A DNA stretch of 64,000 nt from Scenedesmus sp. PABB004 (lineage: Eukaryota), in contig JABVCE010000044.1 of assembly GCA_014905635.1 (NCBI GenBank), positions 62,001 to 126,000 on the forward strand, in the 5' to 3' direction. Within the stretch, counting starts at the first letter, position 1. Each line of letters begins with the position of its first letter. The position numbers and the translations under genes are program-made. Positions 34,907 to 45,104 of the stretch are shown here, piece by piece. The notes under the pieces are model-generated. The model searched no databases. It saw nothing but the letters and a program-made list of their open reading frames with translations, and was not told the origin of the DNA.

Positions 34907-36791
34907 ATGGGCGCCAAGGGCGGCCAGCAGCCCGTCATGCTGGCCCGGCAGCGTCGACGAGACATTGCGGTGACGCTGCTGGTCACCAGCGCGATCTACG
35001 GCCTTGGCGTTGGCCTGCAGCACGCCCTGTACAGCCGGTGCGCCGCTGCTGCTGCCGCTGCTGCTGCCGGTGCCGCCGGCCGCTGCCGCCGGCTGCCGGT
35101 GCCGCCGGCTGCCACCGCGTACGGCGGCCGTCCCGTCGCACGCCGCCGCCGCCGCCGCCGCCGGCGCGCGCAGGTGCGCGGAGCCGATCGACGTCGGCAG
35201 CGTGGCGGAGCTGCAGGCGTATCTCGCGGCGTTCGCGGCCAACCACACCGCCGACCCCGCGGCGGCGGCGCGCGTGTCGCGCGTGCAGCAGGGCCTGGCC
35301 GCCGCGCTGGCCAACGCAAGCGCGCTGGAGGGCGCGCAGCGCGCCAAGGCGGAGCTCACGGCGCAGCTCGCGGCCGCGCGGGAGGCGGCGCGCAAGGCCG
35401 AGGCGGCGGCAAAGGAGCTCGAGGGCGTGCGCGCGGAGCTGCAGCGCCAGCTCGAGGAGGGGCGCAAGCAGCTGGACCAGGAGAAGCAGCAGCACGCCGC
35501 GACGACGGCCGCGCGCGAGGCGCTCACGCGCGAGGCGGCGGCGCTGCAGGCCAAGGCCAAGGCCGGCGACGCCGGCGGCACGGCGGTGCCCGCCGCCGGC
35601 AGCGGCGGCGTCGGCGGCGCCGGCGGCGCCGGCAACGCGACCGCGCTGGTGGAGGCCAAGCTGCTGGCGCTGGAGGTCGCGGGGCTGCAGTGCGGCGCGA
35701 CGCAGGGGTACGAGTTCTGGGCGAATCCCATCCTGGTGTGGGGGTATGACCACCGCGCGGCCGACGCGGCCGAGTGCTGCGCCGCGTGCCACGCGTACAG
35801 CGCGACGGTCGCGCGCGGCGGCACCGAGGCGGGGCGCAACGGCAGCACCTGCAACGTGTGGGCCTTCTGCGCGGACAAGGAAGCCTGCGGCGACCGCCTC
35901 GGCGAGTGCTGGCTCAAGTGGGAGGCGCGGCTCGCCGACACGCCGCCGCCGGCGCTGCCGCCCGACGCCAAGCGCCAGGCGGGCTGGGTCAGCGGCGCGG
36001 TCTACGCCGGCGACGCGCAGCTGCGCGCGCTCGCGGGGTCGTCGCTCGTCATGCACACGCCCGTGGGCGACGCCGAGGTGGAGCTGCTGCCCGAGCTCGC
36101 GCCCGCGTCGGTGCGCGAGCTGCTGCGCATGGGCGCGCTGCTCGCGCGGGCCGGCGGGCGCTGCTCCAACTGCCGCATCTACCGGCCGGAGAAAAACTTC
36201 CTCGTGCAGGTGGGCTGCGGCGCCGGGCGCGCGCTGGGCGCGCAGGGCACCCTGCGCCGCGCCCCCGGGTGCCCTGCCCGGCCCACCCCGCACCCCGCCG
36301 CCGCGCCGCCGCGCCGCCGCGCCGCCGCCACACGCCAGGGCATCCTCGAGGCGCCGGGCGCCTACGTCGCCACGCCGCGGCGCCCCAACCCGCCGCAGCG
36401 CATGGTCATGGAGCGCGGCCTCGTCTGCTGGGCCGGCGGCGGCGGCGGGCCGCACTGGTTTGTCAACATGGTCAACCAGTCGGGGTTCAAGGACGACCAT
36501 CTCTGCTTCGGCCTCGTGCGCGACATGGCCGTCTTTGAGCGCGTCCTGGAGCTGCCGCTGAAGACCAAGGCCAAGCCGAGCGACATGAACGGCCTCGTCA
36601 CGCCGCTCTTCTTCAACGTCACGCTGCGCCCCCCGCCCGACGGCGGCGCGGCCGCAAAGGCGGCCTGGGCCGCGGCGGTGCGCGGCGGCGGCGGCGACGA
36701 CGACACGGGCGGCGGCGGCGACGCGCCGGAGGAGCAAGAGGCGGACCCGCCCGAAGACGACCCCCCGCGGCCGGACGGCGAGCGGCGGTGA
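34907..36791 (+). CDS. Type II membrane protein with coiled coil, PAN/Apple-like Cys domain and degenerate cyclophilin-like domain
   Basis: N-terminal TM segment; heptad region; EFWANPILVWG...ECCAACH...CNVWAFCADKEACGDRLGECWLK...WVSG; LLPELAPASV...IYRPEKNFLVQG...MERGLVCWAGGGGGPHWFVNM...FG. Confidence 0.78.
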
Positions 36792-37171
36792 GCGGCCGGC
36801 GTTAACAGCGGCGTGATCGCGGGCGCACGCGCAGAGCCAGCAGCCAAGGGTCCCGGTGCGTTCCGCCTGGCGAGCTCGCTCCGGGGGTGTCGGGACTGGG
36901 GCTCTGCAGCGCTCCGCCGCGCCCGCGCGGCTCCACGGCGCACTGCCCGATTCATCTGCACACTGCGCGCACGACACCCACGCACCGCCGGCACGCGAAA
37001 CAGCGCCCACCCCGCAGGTCGACGTCAGCCGCCCGCTCCCGCGCCCGCCTGCCTCCGCCGCCTCTCGCCACCGGGCCCCCGCGATCGGATCGGCGCGTCG
37101 GGACCGAGTGCCGGCCGCGCCGTGACCGCAGCGCGGCGGGGGAGGTACCCGCGCAATCCAGCCCGCCAGCG

Positions 37172-38446
37172 ATGTCGCTCCTCCTCGCCAGCCTTCCCGG
37201 GTCGGCGGTCCGCGCCCCCCAACCGCGCCGCGCCGCTCCCGCGAGCGCCGGCGCGAGCGCGCCGCAGCGCCGCCTCGTCGCGCCACGCGCCGCGCCGGCG
37301 CCGAGCAGCCCCGCCTCGCCGGCGATGGACAAGCTCATCAACTCCACGCGCCTCGCCGTCCTGGAGCACGCCGACCACGAGCTCCAGGAGCTCTGCGGCT
37401 CCATGAGCAGCGCCGACGACCAGGCAAAGTGCTGGGAGGTCTACAAGGTGCGCACGCGACGCCGCGCGCGCGCGCGCCGCCGCCGCCGCCGCCCGCGCGC
37501 GTCGCCCCCCACGCGCGCGCCGCCCGCAGTTTTACCACGACGCGCGCACGAGCGCCGCGCGCGCGTGCCTGTGGGAGCTCGAGGTCGAGGGGCGCGAGGG
37601 CGCGGCCTGCAGCGCGCTGGAGGGGCTCGAGCGCCTGGTGTACGAGGTCGGCTACGCCGGCGACGCGGTGCAGCTCTACCACCAGCTCAAGGTGTGTTTG
37701 TGTGTGTGTGCGCGTGTGCGTGTGTGTGGGGGGGGGGGACCAGCTCAAGGCGCGCCGCCAGGGTTGAGCGGGTTCAGGGAGAGGGGGGATGCGACCAGCT
37801 CGAGGCGGCGCGCGCGCGCGTGCACACGGCGGCGCCGACGGCGGCCCGCCGCCGCGCTAACGCACCCGCGCCCGCCGTCCCCGCGCCCCGCGCGCGCGCG
37901 CGCGCAGATTCAGGCCAACATGGCCAAGCGCGCCGCGGCGGGCAGCCCGAGCCTGCCCGCGGCTCCGCAGGGCCGCGACGCGATGCTCGACGCGCTGCGC
38001 GGCCAGGCGCTCGACCTCTTCGCAAAGGTCGACACAGACGGCAACGGCGTGCTGGACCGGTGCGCCGCCCGCGCCGCCCGGCGCCGCGCCGCGCCGGCTC
38101 TGCTCTGCTCGCGCGCCCGCCGCCACGCGCGCCGCGCCGCGCAGCGCAGCGCCGGCGGCCCGCGCCGACGCCACGCCTTGCCCGCCGCGCGCCGCGCGCC
38201 CCACCGCACAGCGAGGAGCTGCTGGGCGCGATGAGCCTGCTGCACCACGCGCTCGGCGAGGCGGAGATGTCGCTCGCGCTGAGCTGCATGGACTGCCACG
38301 GCCACATCAGCCGCGAGCAGTTTGTCAACATCGTGCAGGCCGAGGCGCTGTGCGACCCCGCCTGCGACGCGGAGGCGCTGCGGCACACCAGCCACGCGCG
38401 CCCCGCGTGGTGGAGCGACGCGCCGCACTGCGTCACCGACGTGTGA
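37172..38446 (+). CDS. Probable plastid-targeted EF-hand protein
   Basis: Ala/Arg/Ser/Pro-rich transit-like N-terminus; EF-hand LFAKVDTDGNGVLDREEL; degenerate second hand MDCHGHISREQF; three GT-AG introns. Confidence 0.75.
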   Translation: MSLLLASLPGSAVRAPQPRRAAPASAGASAPQRRLVAPRAAPAPSSPASPAMDKLINSTRLAVLEHADHELQELCGSMSSADDQAKCWEVYKVRTRRRARARRRRRRPRASPPTRAPPAVLPRRAHERRARVPVGARGRGARGRGLQRAGGARAPGVRGRLRRRRGAALPPAQGVFVCVCACACVWGGGTSSRRAARVERVQGEGGCDQLEAARARVHTAAPTAARRRANAPAPAVPAPRARARADSGQHGQARRGGQPEPARGSAGPRRDARRAARPGARPLRKGRHRRQRRAGPVRRPRRPAPRRAGSALLARPPPRAPRRAAQRRRPAPTPRLARRAPRAPPHSEELLGAMSLLHHALGEAEMSLALSCMDCHGHISREQFVNIVQAEALCDPACDAEALRHTSHARPAWWSDAPHCVTDV

Positions 38447-39212
38447 GCGCGCCGCCGCCGCCGCGGCCCCCCTGTGTGCGCGTGGCGAGAGGGTTGGACG
38501 GCAGCCGGCGGCGCTCCCCCCGCGTGGGGGCTGCCAGGCCGGCTGCGCAGCCGGGCATAAGACCGCGCCCGCGCCCCACCACATGGCGCATCGCACGAGC
38601 ACCGCGTGGGTTTTAGCGGCATCCGCAGTCCGCTAAAACCAACCCACCTGGTGCCCTTTTTTTGTGCGAGACGACCGACCGACCGACCGTGGCAGGATTT
38701 TTCACACGCCTCCTGCCTTGTAGCTTGGCTCTTCCCCTGTACCCTGATTCGCCAGACTCTGTCTGTCTCACCGCGTGGTTGGACTTGATTGCGATGCGTT
38801 GATGGGCGGTTGCGCTGCACGCCGCCGGCAGCCGCGCGCGGCGCCGTCGCAGGCGGCGGCGGCTCATTGCCTGCGGGCGGCCCTCGGGCGGCGCCCCGGT
38901 CGGCAAACAGCGCGGCAAGTGTAATTGAGGTGCCCCGCGGCCCAGCAGCAGCGCGTCGTGCCGCCTGCGCTCGAACCGCCGCGCTTCAGCCCGCCGCCGG
39001 CGGCTCACGACGGTGCCCGCGACCCCATGAGCTCCCGCGCGCCCCGTCGCGCGCCCACAGCACCACCAGGCGCCCGGCCGGCCAGCGCGCGCACGGAAAG
39101 GAGCGGCGGAGCGAGGGCCGCCAGCACAGCGCCGCCGCTGCCCGCGACTTCCACGGCCCGCCGCGGCTCGAGCACGCGACCAGCCGCCGCGCCGCCGGCG
39201 CCAGCGGCAGCC

Positions 39213-40143
39213 ATGAGCTCTCGGGCGCTCCTGGGCGCCTTCTTCCCGGCCACCACGGCGGCGCTGCAGCGCTGGGCGCCGGCGGCGTTCGACGCGCTCG
39301 TGCCCGCCGACTGCGCTGCCGCGCGCGTTCGGCTGGGGCCCTCTGGGCTCGTGCTGGAGTGGGCCACGCTGGTGCCGCTCTGCCTGGCCGGGGTCGCCGT
39401 CGGCGCGGCCGGCCTGCGGCGGCGGTGGGCCAGCGGCGGCGGCGCCTTGTACAGCCACGCGTTTGGCTTCTTCGGCCTCATGAACGCCACGGCGCTGCTC
39501 TGCCACTGCCTCACCCCCGACGGCCACCCAGGCAAGTGGGTGGTGGCGGCGCTGGACGTCGGCTTCACCTGCGCGGCGAGCCTGTGCCTGCTGCTCGCCG
39601 CGTGCAGCCGCGGCGCGCCCGCGCGGCGCCAGGTTCACCTGCGCGCGCTCGCCGACGCGCTCTGTCCGGCGGCGCTGGTCGTCGCGCTCGCGGGCAACGC
39701 CTGGGGGCCCTGGGGCTGGCAGTGAGTGCCACGCGGCGGGCCGCCGCAGCGCGCCGCGACCGCCGCCGCGCGCGCGCGGGCGCCGACCCGCCCCCGCCCG
39801 CGCCCGCAGGTCGCTGCCCGGCCTGAACGAGGTCATGTACCAGCACACCACGCTCGCGGCGGCGGCGACGCTCCTGCTCTGCGAGGCGGCGCGGCCGGGG
39901 CTGGCGCGCGCGCAGCGCGGGGCGATCGCCGGCGCGGCCGCTGTCTTCTTCGCGACGCCGCCCGCCATGCTGCTCAACCCGCTGCTCTGCCGCCTGCCGC
40001 GGCACGCGCGGTTTGAGATGACGCACGTGCTGTTTGCCGGCTGCAACGCCTCCTTCGCGCTGCTGCTCCGCTACCTCGACCTCTGCGAGCCCCCGGCGCG
40101 GCGCGGCGCAAGCAAACCCGCGGCCGCCGGGAAGCGTGCGTGA
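39213..40143 (+). CDS. Polytopic membrane protein of unknown function (possibly CREST-like)
   Basis: About 6-7 hydrophobic segments over 2 exons (intron ~39723-39809); embedded polar residues in ALLCHCL, ALDVGFT, NEVMY, MTHVLF. Confidence 0.65.
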
Positions 40144-40399
40144 GCCGCGGCGGGACGTGCTGCGCAGCTGTGGCGCGCGGCGGGTATGACGCTGCGGAAG
40201 CGCAGGGGAGGGGGGGGGGCTTGAGAGAGCACTGCTGCGCCGCCAGAATGGCCCGGGATTGAGTCGGCTGCTGGGATTGCGCCGTTATGGCCTAAGATGC
40301 CTGGGAGCTGGTGCTGCAGCCTGCTGCCGTGATCGCACACTGCCTTCGTTCGTTACGCACGCTAGCCGCGCTTGATCGCGCGTCGTCCTCTTTTTGCGA

Positions 40400-40465
<66 letters not shown>

Positions 40466-40480
40466 ACCTGCCTGCCTGCC
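40400..40480. repeat. (CTGC)n microsatellite
   Basis: Directly visible; copied in inverted form at ~27349-27407. Confidence 0.95.
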
Positions 40481-40532
40481 CGGGAGCGCGCTTGAGAGAG
40501 GAATGGAGGGCAACCGCGCTGGCTGTGTTGCC

Positions 40533-42410
40533 TCACACCGCCGCCGCCAGCGCGGCGGCCAGCGGCGCCGCCTCGTCCGCGTCCACCACCAGGTGCAGCA
40601 GCACGCCGCCGCCCAGCGCGGGCGGCGCCGGCTGGCTGAGCAGCAGCGGGAAGGGCCCCGGCGAGCTGAAGCCCGGCAGCGCAGCGAGCGGCAGCTGCCC
40701 CGCCAGCGCAGCGTCGGCCGCATAGTTGAGCGGCCACTGCGTCGTCGTCAGCGAGGGCAGGCAGCCCAGCGCCACCTGGCGCTCGAGCAGGCGCCGCGGG
40801 CCCATCGCGTGCAGGCGCCGCCAGGTCACCGCGGCCGCGCCAGGCTGCTGCTGCTGCTGCTGCGCGTCCTCCCGCTGCACCGCAACGCGGCCCTCAGCGA
40901 GCGCGTCCTGCGCCAGGCCCATTGCCTGCGACGCCCAGGCCAGGTCGGGCAGCATCAGCTCGGCGCCCCTGCGGTCGGCGGCGCGCGCGGTGCTCAGCGG
41001 CCGCGGCTGCGCAGCGCGGCGGCGCGCCTGGCTGGGCTGGGGCGGCAGCCCGCGCGGCCGCACCGCGCCACCGCTGCCGCGAGCGCCCCTGCCATCGCCG
41101 CCGGGCTGCGCTCGCCCGGCAGGCAGTCCTCGGCAATCGCGCTGGCAAACATGTTGCCCACGCAGCTCGGCAGCCCCGCCGCGGCGCCCGGCGGCGCCGC
41201 CGCGAGCGCGGCGGCCGGCAGGCGGCCGCGCATGTCGGCTGTGACCGCGACGTCGTGCGGCAGGCCCGCGCGGCCGGGCAGGCCGCAGAAGGCGCGCGCC
41301 ACGGCGCCCAGCAGCAGGTTGTGGGCGGTCAGCACGCGGCGCGCGTCCACGCCGGGCGGCGGCGCGCGCGCCTCCGCCGCCGCATCACGCTTGAGGCGGG
41401 CGATGGCCGCAGGGCCGGCGTGGAAGCTCAGCCGCACGGGCGCGCCGGCGCCGGCCCCGCCGCCGTCGTCGCCGTCGCTGCCGAGGCCCGCGAGCGCCGT
41501 AAACCTGGCCTCGTCCGCCGGCTCGAGTCGCTTCAGCCGCGCCGGCTGGAAGCCCGGCGGCAGCGCGGCGGCCGCGCCCGCGACCAGGGCGTTGAGCAGC
41601 GGCGCAGCGGCCGGCAGGCGCGGCGGCCGCTCCGGCGACCGCCCCGCCGCCGCCGCGGTGTACGTCGCCGCCAGCGTGCGCAGCAGCACACGCAGGCTCG
41701 CCCAGTCGCCGAGGAGGTGGCTGCAGCGCAGCCCGAGCACCGCGCCGCCGCACGCCAGGCGGAGCAGGGCGACGTGCACGAGCGCGCCGCCGGCGCCCTC
41801 GGCGTCGTCCAGGTAGTGCGGCGTCAGCGCGCCGGGGAGGTGCCCGAACAGCAGCTCGTTCAGCGGCGCGACCGCGAGCGGCTCCAGCGCGTCGCCGGCG
41901 GCGCTAGCTGCGCTCGCGGGCGCCGGCGCGAGCGCGTCCAGCGTCATCCCCGGCGGCGCCGTGCCCACCATCAGCGCCAGGCCGCCACCACCGCCTGGGC
42001 CAGGCACCAGCGCCAGGCGCCCGTCCTGCGGGCGGGTACGGCCGGCGTCACCCGACGCGGCGGCGGCAGCAGCAGCGGGCGCGCGTCCGCGCCGCCGCCT
42101 GCTGGGCGCCGCTGGCCGCGTGCTGGGCGCCTGATGGGCGCGCCTGCTGGGCGAGGCGGTAGCCCCAGGGCGGCCAGGCGTCCACCGCGACCGCTGCAGC
42201 CGCTCGGAGCAGCGCTGCGTCGACAGGGGAGCCATAGCAGAGCGCCTGCTCGAGGAAGACCGTGGGCGCGGCGAGCGCGCACCACACCGACGGCTGCAGC
42301 GGCCGCTGTTCGCTGGCCGGCTCGCTGCTCGCGACGAGCTGCGGCGGCTCCCAGGCGATGGCGGACGCGGCGGCGGCCGCCGTGGCGCCGCCAGGCAGCA
42401 GCGCAAACAT
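40533..42410 (-). CDS. HXXXD (BAHD/CoA-dependent) acyltransferase-like protein
   Basis: AVLGLRCSHLLGDWASLRVLLRTLA (HXXXD), RLSFHAGPAAIARLK, VAVTADMRGRL, PSCVGN; 3 exons. Confidence 0.75.
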
Positions 42411-42563
42411 CGTCGCTGGTGCGGGGTGCGCGACCAGCTTGGTGTTTGGGGGATGTTCGGCGGCTCTTGTCCGAAGCGCTGCCCTGTGCGGCTGAACCGC
42501 CACAACAATGACGGTGACGCTGAACCCCGCAGCGCGCGCGCAGCACCCTTTCACCGCCGCTGC

Positions 42564-44745
42564 TCACGCCGCGGCCGCGCGCCGCCGCGCGGCCTGCTTT
42601 TCGCGCAGGCTGAGGCTGATCAGCAGGTGGCTGACCACCCCGATGCGCAGCTCCATGCCCTGCAGCTCGCCCCGCAGCGCCGCCATGCCGGCCTTGAGCC
42701 GCACCAGCGGCGACGCGTCGGCCAGGTTGCTGCCGCGAACGTCCAGCGCGGCCTTGGCCTCCTCCAGCGCCGCGGCGAGGCGGTGCAGCTCGTTGTTTCG
42801 CTCGCTGATCGCCTCCGCGCACCTGCCGCGGCGGCGGCGGCGGCGCCACGCTCAAGGCGCGCTCGCGCCGCGCGGCGACGCGGCGCGCCGGCGGAGCGGG
42901 CGGCGCGCAAGCGCCGCCCGCGTGCCTGTTGTGCTCCTCCTGCGCCTCGAGCAGCTCCACGCGCGTGCCGCTGTACGCGGCCAGCAGGCCGTCAAACTGG
43001 CCGTTCAGCTGCCGCTCCCGCGCTGCGACCCTGTCCAGGCTGGCCGCGACGTCGCCGCCGACCCGCTCCAGCGCGCCGCGTGCGTCGGGCCACGCCGCGG
43101 CGAGCGCGTCGGCGCTGGCGTGCGCCGCCTCGAGGTGCGCGCGCCAGTCGCGCGCGTTGCCTGCGGCCGCGGCGACGGCGCGCAGCCGGGGCGCCACGCG
43201 CTCCACCTCCAGCCGCCACGCCACGGCGTCCACCTGCGCTCGGCGCGCCCGGCGCGGGCGCGGTTGGCGCTGTTAGCTGTGGCCCGCCTGCCAGCGGAGC
43301 AGCGCCGCCGCAGCGGGGCCTCGCGCCGCTCACCGTGGACACACGGACCTGCCTGGCGGCGCTGGCCTCGGCCGCCGCGGCATGCCCCGCCGGCGCCGGG
43401 GGCACCTGCTCGCCCGCGGCGCAGGTGCCGCCCCAGGCGAGCGCGCCGTCGGCGTCGTCGTCGCTGTCGGCCGCCAGCGCGGCCGCCTGCGCGGGCACGC
43501 AGGCGCGGCAGCTCGCGCTGAGACGCTGGCACGGGCCCGCCCCGCCGCGCACTGCCCGCTGCCCCGCCACCAGAGCCAGCGCTCGCGGCTGCTCCGCGGC
43601 CGCCAGCGCCAGGGCGCCGCACCACTGTGGAGATGTCTGCCGCCTCGGCCGCGGGGTCGTCATCCTCCTCCACCGCCTCCAGCCTGCGGCGGCGCCAGGC
43701 GTGTGCGGCCCAGCCGCACAGGTCGCCGCCGCGCGCCGCCGGCCAGCGCGGCCTGCCCGCCCGCGCCCCGCCCGCGGCGCGGCGCGCCTGTCGTCCCCGT
43801 GCACCGGCCGGCCCAGCACCACGCGCTGCGCCTCCAGCGCGGCGTCCAGCAGACCGTCCAGCAGCGCGCACGCCTCGCAGCCCCAGCCCGGCGCGAGCTT
43901 GGCCGGCGGGTAGGGCGGCGGCGCAAAGCCGAGCGCGCGCAGCCCGCCGACAAGCGCCTGCAGCGTCGCGCCGGGGTCGTCAAACTCCTTGGGCGCCGCC
44001 ACAGCCGCGCCGCACAGCGCCAGCAGCCACGCGGCCTGCGGTGGCAGCCGAGGCGCGCGTCAGCCCCGGAGCCGCCGCCCGGAGCTGCGCCGGCTGGCGT
44101 GCCCGGCGGCGCCGCCGCTGCTGCCATCGCAGCACGCTGCGCGTCGCACCAGGCTGGTGAAGTAAAGAAACTGCTCGCCGCCGCTGCCCTGGTGCAGCGG
44201 CGCCGTGAAGTAGTTGGGCGTCAGGGGCTTGCGGTGCGGCTTTCTGCGGCGGCGCGCGTTGACGGCGCGGCGCCGTGGGGGGCCTGGCGCAGCCGGCGCA
44301 GCGCCGCTCGAGCGGCGGCGGCCGCCGCCGCGTTCCCTCCCTCACTTTCGGCGGCAGAATTCGCGCTCGTAGTTGAGCAGCTGCAGCTTGTTCAGGATCT
44401 GGTCCTGCACGAGGGGCCAGCGGGCGCGGGCGGCGGCGTCGGCACGTGCGGCCAGCCACCGATGCCGGCAGCGCGCGCCGCGGGCGGGGCGCAGCGGCGC
44501 CGCCGGCGCACCATGTAGACCTCCTCCGGCAGCACCGCCTGCGGGGGGTGGTGTGGCGGGCAGTGAGGCCGGCGCCGGCCACCGCAGCGCCTGGCGGCCG
44601 GCCGCGCGGCGCGAGAGGCGGCCGCGCCGGGCCGCACCTCCAGCGAGCGGCCGGCGGGCTGCGGCGCGGCGCGCAGCGGCGCGAGCCCCTGCGCCGGAGG
44701 CTGCGCCGGCGGCGCCGCAGGCTGCTCCGCGCGGGAGGCCTTCAT
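42564..44745 (-). CDS. IFT57: Intraflagellar transport protein 57
   Basis: ILNKLQLLNYEREFC, KPHRKPL..NYF, EQFLYFTSL, PKEFDDP, LGFAPP.YPPAKL..G.G, WRLEVERVAPRL, DWRAHLE, MELRIGVVSH. Confidence 0.93.
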
Positions 44746-45104
44746 GCTGCCGCTCTGCGCGGCGATGGACGCGGCGTGAGCCGCGCACACGCGCTGGCGC
44801 CCGCTTGCGCAGCGGTGCCAGCTGCGCCCGCGCGCGCGCTCGGCAGCGGCCGGCGCGCCTTGCGCATGGCGTGGCCGGGTGCAGCCGACATGCACCGGGT
44901 GGGAGGGCGCCGCGAGGACGGCGGTCGCCTCCGCGCCCGTTCGGTCTGACCGCCTTGACCCCCAACACCCCGCGTGCCCCGGCCGCCCGGCTGCCGTCAA
45001 TGTGCGCGGGAGACGCTGGCAGTTGCCCACGGCCGCGCCGCACGCCGTGCCCGCCCACGACTGCGGCGCCGGCGGGCGCATCAGCTGCATCAGCTGCCGC
45101 CGCG

